This document shows, in pieces, positions 28,944-38,502 of a DNA stretch of 40,019 nucleotides (position 1 is its first letter; each line of letters opens with the position of its first letter). Under the pieces are notes generated by a model, which worked only from the letters and a program-made list of their open reading frames with translations, was not told the DNA's origin and made no database searches. The stretch is taken from sequence record SRR22947727_5066; one strand, written 5' to 3'. The position numbers were made by a program, and so were the translations under genes.

Positions 28944-29735
28944 TCAGGAAACGCGCACAACGTATCCGCCTGACTTTTCATCGGCGTGAAGCTGGATCAG
29001 CCCCCGTTTCTGGGCTTCCTCCAGCATCGAGTTGAACCCGCGAAATCCGTAATAGCCTTCGTTGAAGCCCGGCTTCAAGCGCTTGATCGCTTGTTTCACC
29101 ATTGATCCCCAAACCGGAGCATCGCCTTTCCGCTCGTCCTCCAGCGTTTCAATGGTTTCGACAACCAACTCAATCCCTTCATCCCGTTTTCCCCCGCTTT
29201 TCTGACCATTCGCGGCAGTCTTCTTTTTGCTCGTCGTTTTCCGGACCTTTGGCTTCGATTTGCGAACCAAATCATCGTAGAAAATAAAACTGTCGCAGAT
29301 TTCCACGAACAAATTCGAAGTCGATTGCTTCACCCCGACTCCGATCACTGTTTTGTTGTTCTCGCGAAGCTTACTCACCAACGGCGAGAAATCTGAGTCA
29401 CCACTGATGATTACAAACGTGTTCAAATGCGGTTTCGTGTAACAGAGATCCAGCGCATCGACCACCATTCGAATATCGGCCGAGTTTTTACCCGATTGGC
29501 TGACGTGCGGAATCTCGATCAATTCAAAATTCGCTTCGTGCATCGGTTTTTTGAACGCCTTGTAGCGATCCCAGTCGCAGTAGGCCTTGCGAACCATGAT
29601 GTTCCCCGTGACCAAAAGCCGCTCCAGCACCGTTTCGATGTCGAATTTAGAATATTTGGCCTGCTGAGCACCAATCGCGACGTTTTCGAAATCGGCGAAC
29701 ACCGCCATGTTCAGAGTTTCCGGTTCATTCGGCAT
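28944..29735 (-). CDS. NYN domain protein with C-terminal OST-HTH/LOTUS domain
   Basis: AVFADFENVA, GKNSADIRMVVDA, ISGDSDFSPL; C-terminal GSMVKQ..PGFNEGYYGF motif. Confidence 0.92.
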   Translation of the reverse strand: MPNEPETLNMAVFADFENVAIGAQQAKYSKFDIETVLERLLVTGNIMVRKAYCDWDRYKAFKKPMHEANFELIEIPHVSQSGKNSADIRMVVDALDLCYTKPHLNTFVIISGDSDFSPLVSKLRENNKTVIGVGVKQSTSNLFVEICDSFIFYDDLVRKSKPKVRKTTSKKKTAANGQKSGGKRDEGIELVVETIETLEDERKGDAPVWGSMVKQAIKRLKPGFNEGYYGFRGFNSMLEEAQKRGLIQLHADEKSGGYVVRVS

Positions 29736-29760
29736 GCTGAAAACCTAACCGAAAATTTCT

Positions 29761-29805
29761 ACGATCCAATAGGGTTTATTCATCGAACATACCCTGTTGG
29801 TTCGT
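29761..29805. repeat. 45-nt palindromic repeat, copy 5
   Basis: ACGATCCAATAGGGT / ACCCTGTTGGTTCGT arms around TTCATCGAA. Confidence 0.85.
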
Positions 29806-29879
29806 GACAATAAGGTTTGAAGGACAACTTTCCACGCAACGACTTTTGGTTAGCTGTGTTTATTTGGGTAGTTCCAACT

Positions 29880-31145
29880 ATGAAACAGCTCTCCTCCGCC
29901 AATTTTCAGTCATTTTTCATACTTATATTGCTTTCAGGAGCCTCATTCAGTTCGGTAAAGGCCGCAGAACCGGGCACGCTCGATCTGGCGAACCTCCAAA
30001 ACTACGCGAATCAACCTGTGCCGAAATACATCAACGCGACGCCGGGGAAAGTGAAAGACAACACGGGTGAAAATCCCATCACTGACATAGGGGCCACGTT
30101 GGGGCGAGTCCTCTTTTATGACAAAAATTTATCGACTACCAACACCGTATCATGTGCGAGTTGTCATCAGCAGGAGAAAGCGTTTTCGGACCCCGCGCAA
30201 AAAAGTCAGGGCGTCGCAGGACAAACGGCCCGGCATTCACCTCGATTGATCAATGCTCGATTCTCGGAGGAAACGCGCTTCCGCTGGGATGAAGCGGCGG
30301 GAACTCTGGAAGAACAGATGACGACTCCGGTTCGGAATCCAGTCGAGATTGGATACAGCGGCGCTGATGGCAATCCGACTTTCAAGGAGCTCATCACGAA
30401 GCTGGAAGGAGTGAAATATTATGCGGCGCTCTTCAATCTGGCATTTGGTGATCCCGAAATCACGGAAAAACGGATGCAGCTTGCACTTGCTTAATTTGTT
30501 AGAAGCATCCAGTCCTTCGATTCTAAATACGATGTCGGTCGAGCCAAGGTCGAGAAACACATTGATGATTTCCCTAATTTTAGCGTGGCCGAAAACGCGG
30601 GGAAGCGCCTTTTTACCGAGGATTTCAAATTTGAGCTGGGCGAAGTGGACGTCAAAAGATTCCGTGGAACCTCAAAAATGGATGTCGCCAAGCGGATCAG
30701 CGGCGGTCTGAACTGCGCGACCTGCCACCAGCCACCTGAATTTGATATTGATCCAAAGTCTCTGAACAACGGCTTTGATCGTGGTTCAGGTTCTCGTCGA
30801 ACACGGGATCACTCAGTAACTCGTTCTCCGCCGTTGCGAGACTTAACGGGGCCGACGGGCGAAATGAACGGCCCTATGTTCCACGGAGGCACCGCAGGCA
30901 ACATCATTGGGATTAAAGCGCGCTACAATTTTCGTGAGTTTGATGCGCGGAACACAAATCTCGATCCACGGATGGTGCCCGGTGGAAAGCCGCAGTTCCT
31001 CGATATTACCGCCGAAGAGCAACGCCAACTTTTTGCATTTCTGCAGACACTGACGGGATCCGACGTTTATGTGAACGAAAAATGGTCTGATCCCTTTGAT
31101 AAGGACGGGAAGTTGGTGCTTTTGCCAGTCAAGGCCGGCCGCTGA
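29880..31145 (+). pseudogene. Di-heme cytochrome c peroxidase/MauG family, with one in-frame nonsense codon
   Basis: LGRVLFYD..SCASCH and second CATCH heme motif are in one frame, interrupted only by TAA 30492-30494 (LALA*FVRSIQSFDSKYD, probably CAA to TAA). Confidence 0.85.
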
Positions 31146-31156
31146 GTCTCAAAAAC

Positions 31157-32515
31157 TCAATACTTCAGCGGCACGCCGATCTTCGCAAACGCGGCCGCAA
31201 CTTGATCGGAGAATTCAATAAGCGTTCGGCCGGGATGTAGATGCGGCAGGACTTTGGCGAGGGCTTCATTTGAAACACCACCACTGGTGACTTCGTTTGT
31301 TTCAGATGGCATGACCGGAGCAACAGGAGGTGTCGGCATTTTGGGCTTCTCCCCGACCACGACTCGCTGAATTTCAGGAAGACCCGCTGCGACCTGCGAA
31401 TTAAATTTTCGGACCCGATCATTGTATGCCGCGGTTTCGTCTTTGAATTTGTTGATCGCATTGTTGTAGGCCTCAACCTCTTTGTTAAACGAAGCTCGCT
31501 TTCGCTCGTAATTTGCCGCTGCACTTTCCGGAGTTTGAAGATCTGCGGCAGCCTCTTCGCGCATCGCCCGAACGCTTTCAAGCACCTGCGCAACGGGCAC
31601 ACCAGGGGACGCGGATTCGTCGAGATACATCAAGAAATACACCAAAAGCATAGCTCCCGCGCGGTTTTGGACGGTTGGAGTCCACGGCTTGGCACTCTTA
31701 TCAAGCAGCTTAAATGGGCTGGTAACTGCAATACTCCTTGGATCGAGTTCAAACCGAGTCACCAAAAACTGTTTGAGCCCAGCTTCGTGATTCGCAAGTT
31801 GGACTTCGTTTCTGACAGCCGGAATCGAAGCGATGTTGCTGGCAAGGCCATCAAAAAACCATTCTGGAAGAACAGGCTTCCAACGGATTAGCGCCAAAGC
31901 CGCGCCCTCGTGATCGATTTCGGCTTGCTTTTGCGGGGTTAGCTTATCTGCTCGAATGTTGGAATAATTCACAAACATCGAAACTTCATCGAGGATGAAA
32001 GCAGCGTTCATTTGCAGATTGGGATCCATTTTCTTACTGCTTAGAAACGAGCGAAACCCCGCGCTGTCAGCGTATTGGATCGAGAACTTATCCTGATCTG
32101 GTCCCGGCTTAAGATCCAGATTAAAGGGAAGGGCCGAAGCGGCTGCATATGAATTTTCGAACCTTTGATCGAACTCGGGCCCCATTTCCCCCTGCCCTGT
32201 TATCGCGAAATGCGACCCACCAGGTGAACTTTGAACCGATTTCGGGAAAGGCGGCACAACTAGATTCAGCTCTTTCAATTCATCGATGAAATTCTGATCG
32301 GGCTTAGACAACGACGCAACAGGAACTCGCGCAACAGTGCCATTGGCCATCTTTAATTCAGCGGTGAGTTCGTTGACGTGAACTAAGACCGCTTCGAGAG
32401 ACTTCCCCTCAGCGTTTGTCCACGTCCGCACCGCACCGCTTTCCTGTGCGTTCGCGAAAAATGCCGTCGCGAGCATCACACAGCCGATTCCCCATTGTTT
32501 CAATCCAACCATCAT
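31157..32515 (-). CDS. Secreted hypothetical protein with N-terminal SHD1-like domain and C-terminal coiled coil
   Basis: Signal peptide; RTWTNAEGKSLEA..VPVASLSKPDQNFI; heptad-rich region; Pro-rich linker. Confidence 0.75.
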   Translation of the reverse strand: MMVGLKQWGIGCVMLATAFFANAQESGAVRTWTNAEGKSLEAVLVHVNELTAELKMANGTVARVPVASLSKPDQNFIDELKELNLVVPPFPKSVQSSPGGSHFAITGQGEMGPEFDQRFENSYAAASALPFNLDLKPGPDQDKFSIQYADSAGFRSFLSSKKMDPNLQMNAAFILDEVSMFVNYSNIRADKLTPQKQAEIDHEGAALALIRWKPVLPEWFFDGLASNIASIPAVRNEVQLANHEAGLKQFLVTRFELDPRSIAVTSPFKLLDKSAKPWTPTVQNRAGAMLLVYFLMYLDESASPGVPVAQVLESVRAMREEAAADLQTPESAAANYERKRASFNKEVEAYNNAINKFKDETAAYNDRVRKFNSQVAAGLPEIQRVVVGEKPKMPTPPVAPVMPSETNEVTSGGVSNEALAKVLPHLHPGRTLIEFSDQVAAAFAKIGVPLKY

Positions 32516-32569
32516 CTTTAGGACTTTTGCCCATCTTTTCAGTGGTGCAATGGACGCGTTTGGAATGGG

Positions 32570-32845
32570 CTACTTTTTTACATTTCTCTGACGTTTCAGC
32601 AAGAATCGCAATGCGCTGCCCAATCCAGCGAACTTGAAGCTCGAATCGACATAATTGGTGATTACATAAAAGGCGAAATGGTAACTGCGACAGAAGGCCC
32701 AGACGCAAATCGACAGAAAACCGAGCCGCCGCCACCACTCTCCAGTTTCAAAGACCACGAGAGCGCCTGCAATCAGCCCTAATATTAAGAAAAGCAGACC
32801 TTTCGCGATGATTAACTTCTTCGACTGGATATCACCAAAATTCAT
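32570..32845 (-). CDS. Small hypothetical membrane protein
   Basis: ATG 32845; KGLLFL..VWAFCRSYHFAFYVI..YVD..FKFAGL; 2-3 TM. Confidence 0.7.
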   Translation of the reverse strand: MNFGDIQSKKLIIAKGLLFLILGLIAGALVVFETGEWWRRLGFLSICVWAFCRSYHFAFYVITNYVDSSFKFAGLGSALRFLLKRQRNVKK

Positions 32846-33043
32846 GCTTCTAAAAAACGCCATGGCTCCAACGGCCATCAGGGAAAACGGGCTTCGATTC
32901 GGCCTGATTTTCTCTCTTGCCATTCCTGTTTTTCATCCTAGGTTTGCCGCCCCCGACCGGAATGCAGGCGCTCCACGATTTTGGCCGGGTTCATCTTTGG
33001 AGCACTATCGGAAGTCCGATTAACCAAGTAAACAACCAAAACC

Positions 33044-33115
33044 AAAAAAATGCTGCAGGTCGCTTGCGACCGTGTAGCGCGTGAACTTGTTCACGCCAGC
33101 GGTAGCATTTTTTTT
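33044..33115 (+). promoter_or_regulatory. Structured rpsA 5' leader (three-way junction)
   Basis: 13-bp closing stem 33044-33056/33102-33114 enclosing two CUUG-capped hairpins. Confidence 0.7.
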
Positions 33116-33131
33116 CAAATACTACCCTATT

Positions 33132-34883
33132 ATGTCCACCGACCTCATCGAGGGCACCAATCCTGAATTGGCAGCACTCATTGACAACAACTTCATCGCC
33201 TATCGAGAAAACTCGATTGTAAACGGCAAGATCCTTGAAGTTAGCAAGCAAGTCGTCATCGTCGATATCGGCGCGAAATCCGAGGGAATCATCCCCGTTT
33301 CAGAATTTGAAGACGAAGACTTCGCCGTAGGCGACGAAATTGAGGTGCTCCTCGAAAAACTCGAAAACGACGAGGGCATGGTTGTTCTCTCGAAAGAGAA
33401 AGCAGCACACAAGCAAAACTGGGACAAGATTGTCAAAGTTTACGAAGATGGCGGCCTTGTTAAAGGTAAGGTCAAATCTGTTGTTAAAGGTGGCCTCATG
33501 GTCAACGTCGGTGTTGAGGCTTTCCTTCCCGGTTCGCAGATCGACGTCATCCCACCAAAAGACCTCAATGAATACGTTGGCAAGGTTTACGAATTTAAGA
33601 TCGTTAAGGTCAATGACATCCGGAAGAACATCGTTCTTTCACGTCGTGAAGTTATCGAAGCTGAGCGCGCAGAGCAGCGTCAGCAGTTCCTCGAGGAAGT
33701 TCAAATCGGCGACACGGTCGACGGAATGGTCAAGAACATCACCGATTTCGGTGCGTTCGTCGATCTCCAAGGCATGGACGGATTGCTTCACATCACGGAC
33801 ATGAGCTGGGGCCGTATCAATCACCCGAGCGAAATGCTCATGATTGGTCAGACGCTTACTGTTCAGATCCTCGAAGTGGATCAGGAGAAAGAGCGTGTTT
33901 CGCTCGGTCTCAAGCAGCTTCTCAACAACCCTTGGGATGGCATCGAGAGCACGTATGCAATCGGAACAGAAGTTGCCGGTGCGATTACGAAATTGGTTCC
34001 TTACGGAGCATTTGTCGAAATCGAGCAAGGCGTCGAAGGTCTCATCCACGTTTCCGAACTGTCCTGGACCAAGCGTATTACACGCCCAAGCGACGTTCTC
34101 GAAGTCAATCAGGAAGTCAAAGCGGTTGTCCTCTCGATCAACAAGGAAGAGCAGAAAATCTCCCTCGGGGTTCGCCAGCTCGAGCCAAATCCTTGGGACG
34201 AAGTCGAGTCACGCTACCCGATCGGTTCAACGATCAAGGGCGAGATCCGCAACCTCACTGCCTATGGTGCGTTTGTAGAACTCGAAGACGGCATCGACGG
34301 TATGATTCACGTTTCCGACCTCAGTTGGACACGGAAGATCAATCACCCAAGCGAAATCCTCAAGAAGGGCGAAGAGCTCGAAGCACAGGTCATCGACATC
34401 GACAAGACCAACCAGCGCATCAGCCTTGGTATCAAGCAGCTTGAGAATGACCCATGGAATGAAATCGACGGCCGCTTCAAGGTTGGAGATCTCGTTAAAG
34501 GTCAGGTCGCTAAGATCGCAAGCTTCGGAGCTTTCGTTCAGTTGGAAGACGACATCGACGGTTTGGTTCACATCTCGCAATTGAGCGAAGAGCACGTGGC
34601 CAAGGTGAAGGACGTTCTCAAAGTCGGCGACGACGTCGAGGCACGCGTCATCAAAGTCGACCGCGTCGAGCGCCGCATTGGTCTTTCGATCAAAGCTGCA
34701 GAATACAGCGAGGAAGATCTCAAGAAAGAGACTGCCGCATTCGAAGCCTTGCGTCCAAGCAGCGACCTTGTTGGACTCGAGCAGGCGTTCAACCTCGCAA
34801 GCGACGAATGGCGTCCAAGCGAAGAAGGTGCAGAAACCGAAGAGAAATCAGAGGAAAAGTCAGAGGAAAAATCGGAAGACTGA
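33132..34883 (+). CDS. rpsA: 30S ribosomal protein S1
   Basis: Six S1 repeats (DIGAKSEG, AFLPGSQID, ITDFGAFVDL..DGLLHITDMSW, GLIHVSELSW, etc.); ATG 33132. Confidence 0.97.
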   Translation: MSTDLIEGTNPELAALIDNNFIAYRENSIVNGKILEVSKQVVIVDIGAKSEGIIPVSEFEDEDFAVGDEIEVLLEKLENDEGMVVLSKEKAAHKQNWDKIVKVYEDGGLVKGKVKSVVKGGLMVNVGVEAFLPGSQIDVIPPKDLNEYVGKVYEFKIVKVNDIRKNIVLSRREVIEAERAEQRQQFLEEVQIGDTVDGMVKNITDFGAFVDLQGMDGLLHITDMSWGRINHPSEMLMIGQTLTVQILEVDQEKERVSLGLKQLLNNPWDGIESTYAIGTEVAGAITKLVPYGAFVEIEQGVEGLIHVSELSWTKRITRPSDVLEVNQEVKAVVLSINKEEQKISLGVRQLEPNPWDEVESRYPIGSTIKGEIRNLTAYGAFVELEDGIDGMIHVSDLSWTRKINHPSEILKKGEELEAQVIDIDKTNQRISLGIKQLENDPWNEIDGRFKVGDLVKGQVAKIASFGAFVQLEDDIDGLVHISQLSEEHVAKVKDVLKVGDDVEARVIKVDRVERRIGLSIKAAEYSEEDLKKETAAFEALRPSSDLVGLEQAFNLASDEWRPSEEGAETEEKSEEKSEEKSED

Positions 34884-34941
34884 TACCTCTCACCTCACCT
34901 TGCGTTTTCTGTTCTTCGGATAGAAAACAATCAAGAATTAC

Positions 34942-34979
34942 AAGACGGCCGGGCGAAAGCTCGGCCGTCTTTGTGTTTG
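34942..34979 (+). terminator. Intrinsic terminator after rpsA
   Basis: AAGACGGCCGGGC-GAAA-GCTCGGCCGTCTT hairpin followed by a T-rich tail. Confidence 0.8.
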
Positions 34980-35054
34980 GCGATCGGGGGACCACATTTT
35001 TGAAAGCCGGTCTGTGATCTTGTTTCAATTCCTATTCCATGGCATCTTCGCCGC

Positions 35055-36758
35055 ATGCTACCGCGCTTCTCAATCGCTCTTTTGCTTCTCAGCTTTTGTC
35101 TGCCCGGAATTGCAACTGCGGCCCCCGATGAGAAACCCAACATCTTGTTCATCTCGATGGATGACCTCAATGACTGGATCGGTTGCCTCGGCGGACATCC
35201 CCAAGCCATAACGCCAAATCTCGATCAGCTCGCTGCGAGTGGCGTTCTTTTTAATAATGCTCACTGTCCGGCTCCCGCTTGCAATCCTTCACGCAGCGCG
35301 ATTTTTACCGGCATCTCGCCCCATGTCTCCGGGCTTTATGAGAACGGGCAAAAGATGAGAGAGGTCACGCCCGACGCCACCTTGATGCCGAAGTATTTCT
35401 CCGAAAATGGTTATTGGTCAGCCGGTTCAGGCAAACTCCTGCATTACTTTATCGATGCGCCGTCGTGGGACGACTACTTCCCTAAAGCTGAAACCGAGCG
35501 ACCACTGCCGCGCACGCTTTATCCCGAGAATCGTCCCGTTTCACTCCCCGTGGGAGGTCCCTGGCAATACGTGGAAACGGATTGGGCCGCGCTCGATGCG
35601 ACTGATGAAGAGTTCGGAGGTGATTGGTTAGTTTCCCAATGGATCGGCGAACAGCTTTCCAAAGAGCACGACAAACCATTCTTTCTCGCCTGCGGGATTT
35701 ACCGACCTCACGAACCTTGGTTTGTGCCGAAGAAATACTTTGAACCGTTTCCACTCGAATCGATTCAGCTTCCGCCGGGCTACAAAGCGGATGATCTCGA
35801 TGATTTACCATCTGCGGGCAAGAAACGCGGACCAAATCGCTATTTCGAGCATATTCAAAAAAACGATCAGTGGAAACAGGGAATCCAAGGCTATCTCGCC
35901 TCGATCTATTTTGCAGACACCATGCTCGGTCGGGTGCTCGATTCGCTCGAATCCGGCCCCAACAAAGACAACACCATCGTCGTGCTGTGGAGTGATCACG
36001 GTTGGCACCTCGGTGAAAAACAGCACTGGCAGAAATACACCGCGTGGCGCGTGGTCACGCGAGTTCCCTTGATGATCCGCGTTCCCAACCTCACAAAGCC
36101 AGGAGCCATTTGCGAAGAGCCCGTCAATCTCATCAGCCTTTTCCCAACCTTGACTGAACTGGCCGGGCTACCCGCAAACCCTGTCGCCAAAGGCCCAAGT
36201 CTCGTTCCGCTTTTGAAGGATCCAAAAGCCGAGTGGGATCACGTTTCTGTCACCTACCTCTCAGAACGCGGTAGCTACGGCCTCAGTGATAACGATTGGC
36301 GAATGATCCAATACGCCAACGGCGAGAACGAACTCTACGACATTAAGAACGATCCATACGAATGGACCAGTCTTGCAGAAAAAAAGGAGCACAGCGAGAG
36401 ATTGGCCGAATTGAAAAAACTGGGACCGCAGCAATTCGCGGTGAAGCCCAAGCCGACCGTAGAGTCACTTACGAAATTGAAGTGGAACAAGCTTTCAGGA
36501 AAAAATGGGCCTGTTTCCAAACCCGACGGCAGAACCTTCCAAGCCCATTTCATCAACAAGCGCGAAAATCCCGTTGAGTTACTTTGGATGGATCCCAAAG
36601 GAAAGCCAGTTTCTTACGGAAAGATCAAGCCAGGCAAGACAAAATCTCAAAGCACGAGGCCTGGTGCCGTTTGGCAGATCAATGGCAGCGAAGGCGGCCA
36701 GCTAGGCTATTTCTCGATTGGCGATCGGCCCGCGCGGGGAGTCATTCCGAAAAAGTGA
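35055..36758 (+). CDS. Formylglycine-dependent sulfatase (iduronate-2-sulfatase-like) with C-terminal VHL-beta-like domain
   Basis: Signal peptide; PNILFISMDDL, CNPSR, GKLLH, RPHEP, WSDHGWHLGEK and ELYD..DPYEW motifs; C-terminal FINKRENPVELLWMD..G...SYG.IKPG....QST. Confidence 0.92.
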   Translation: MLPRFSIALLLLSFCLPGIATAAPDEKPNILFISMDDLNDWIGCLGGHPQAITPNLDQLAASGVLFNNAHCPAPACNPSRSAIFTGISPHVSGLYENGQKMREVTPDATLMPKYFSENGYWSAGSGKLLHYFIDAPSWDDYFPKAETERPLPRTLYPENRPVSLPVGGPWQYVETDWAALDATDEEFGGDWLVSQWIGEQLSKEHDKPFFLACGIYRPHEPWFVPKKYFEPFPLESIQLPPGYKADDLDDLPSAGKKRGPNRYFEHIQKNDQWKQGIQGYLASIYFADTMLGRVLDSLESGPNKDNTIVVLWSDHGWHLGEKQHWQKYTAWRVVTRVPLMIRVPNLTKPGAICEEPVNLISLFPTLTELAGLPANPVAKGPSLVPLLKDPKAEWDHVSVTYLSERGSYGLSDNDWRMIQYANGENELYDIKNDPYEWTSLAEKKEHSERLAELKKLGPQQFAVKPKPTVESLTKLKWNKLSGKNGPVSKPDGRTFQAHFINKRENPVELLWMDPKGKPVSYGKIKPGKTKSQSTRPGAVWQINGSEGGQLGYFSIGDRPARGVIPKK

Positions 36759-36905
36759 GTATCACCACCAGAACGTTAGACTGCACTGTCATCCTGCAAA
36801 GAGTACATGTAGATTGTGGTGATAAATTCCAAATCAAAAAAAGTAATTTAGGCTCATAGCTTTCAGATGTTGAGCGCCTGTTAGGCATCTATAGAATTCC
36901 GCACT

Positions 36906-37241
36906 TTATTTCCATGCGAGGTTACATCGAAAGTCAGTGAATTTGGCGGCACGATCTTCGCAAATCGCGACCAAACTCACTGGTAACGGCCATCCGTTCT
37001 TAATCTCAACGGTTCCGTTGCGATAGAGACTGCAGTCGTTCGACTGAAGATATTCGAGTTAACTTTCCAATTTTCTCGTCAGTAGACCTCGATGCTCCTC
37101 GGTATCTCTGAGACGACTGCTGATCATGATCAGCAAGATCATGTCCTCATCCATAAAGTCTACCCTCATATCAACTCTTCCTAAATCGTTCACGGGTGGA
37201 CCTTTCATGAAAATTTTAATTAGTTTCTGAATCATAATCAT
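36906..37241 (-). pseudogene. Small hypothetical gene (possibly DUF6572-like) with an in-frame TAA
   Basis: The ORF ..HRGLLTRKLES*LEYLQS.. continues stop-free for 50 codons after TAA 37059-37061; lower-GC region; family call is tentative. Confidence 0.5.
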
Positions 37242-37404
37242 AAGAAGCGTGCATTTCCGTGCTTAACAGGTTTATTCTGAATAAAGTGGCCTATTTCTGT
37301 TATGGTCGTCTTTCAAGTTTACCAGGGAAAAGCGACTCAGAATTTTGCACTCAGTCCCCTATACTCCTACCCGAAAAGTTTTATGACACGTAGGCTTTAT
37401 CACC

Positions 37405-38340
37405 TCAAACATCACAAACCTCAGCGGCATGCCGCAACGCAGCTTCAGGATCATCCCAATTCGGAATGAACTCCTGAGCAACAAATCCCTTATATCCCGT
37501 CGCTAAAATCGCTTTCATGATCGGCGGGTAATTGATCTCCTGCGTATCATCCAGCTCGCCGCGACCTGGGTTTCCCGCGGTGTGATAATGACCGATGTAG
37601 TCCTTGTATTGATCAATCCGGCGGATCACGTCGCCGTTCATCACTGACACGTGATAGATGTCGAACAGCAGCTTAAAATTCTCTGACCCGACTTCTTTGA
37701 TCAAATCCACGCAGAAGTCTACGTCATCGCCAAAGTAGCCGGGATGCCCCTTCATCGGGTGCGAGTCGTCCCGCGAGTTCAAATGCTCCAGCACCAGTGT
37801 TTTATTGTGCTTTTCCGCATACGGAACCACTTCTTTCCACGTTTCGACGCAGCGTTTTGCCGCCTCTTCGTCATCCATGCCATCGTATCGCATTCCCGTA
37901 AAAGTGATCACACTCGGGCAATCAAACTCAACCGCAGCATCGATCGCACCTTTCAGGCCTTCGACCACTTCGTCGTGAAATTTAGGGTTACAGGGCCCGT
38001 TCTTGAATCCGTGCCCACCACTCACCAACGAAATATCCAGCCCCATCTTCTTAACATCAGGATAGAGATCACGAGAGATTCCCTCCATCGCCACCAACCC
38101 AATATCTTTGCAGTGTTGAGCCAGCATCAGCGTATTTTTCTTGGAATCTTCTTTGTCAAAAGCCTTATTGAAGCACCACCCCATTATCGATTGGCGAATC
38201 CGTCCATTTTTCACCACAAAATTTGGGGTCATTGCTGAGCGCGGCATTTGGCCTTTTACAAGAGCACCAGGAACAGCTAGTCCAAGGGAAGCGAGAGCAG
38301 ATTTCTGCAAAAAATTGCGTCGAGAGTTCGATTCAGTCAT
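37405..38340 (-). CDS. Hydroxypyruvate isomerase / xylose-isomerase-like TIM barrel protein, Tat signal
   Basis: SRRNFL; LEHLNS, HPGY, KLLFDIYH, HYHTAGNPGRGE, QEINY and GFVAQEFIP motifs. Confidence 0.9.
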   Translation of the reverse strand: MTESNSRRNFLQKSALASLGLAVPGALVKGQMPRSAMTPNFVVKNGRIRQSIMGWCFNKAFDKEDSKKNTLMLAQHCKDIGLVAMEGISRDLYPDVKKMGLDISLVSGGHGFKNGPCNPKFHDEVVEGLKGAIDAAVEFDCPSVITFTGMRYDGMDDEEAAKRCVETWKEVVPYAEKHNKTLVLEHLNSRDDSHPMKGHPGYFGDDVDFCVDLIKEVGSENFKLLFDIYHVSVMNGDVIRRIDQYKDYIGHYHTAGNPGRGELDDTQEINYPPIMKAILATGYKGFVAQEFIPNWDDPEAALRHAAEVCDV

Positions 38341-38502
38341 TCAATCAGTGGAACAGAAATTGGAGGTTGATTCAAGATGGAAAGTCGGCGCTTTCGTGAT
38401 CGATTACAAACGTGGCGATTGAACAGCTCACGTTTTTCGCAGATCATTCAGCTCCTGAACGTCCTCCGCAAAACAAACGGAGCGGTTCACCAATCAACCA
38501 AA

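Noticed and set aside
26723-30494. Stop-codon reassignment as the explanation for in-frame stops
   Set aside because: TAA, TAG and TGA all occur as lesions, all three terminate intact genes here, and most affected genes also have frameshifts.
34838-34880. GAGAAATCAGAGGAAAAG-like tandem repeat at the rpsA 3' end
   Set aside because: It only encodes a low-complexity acidic tail (EEKS x3).
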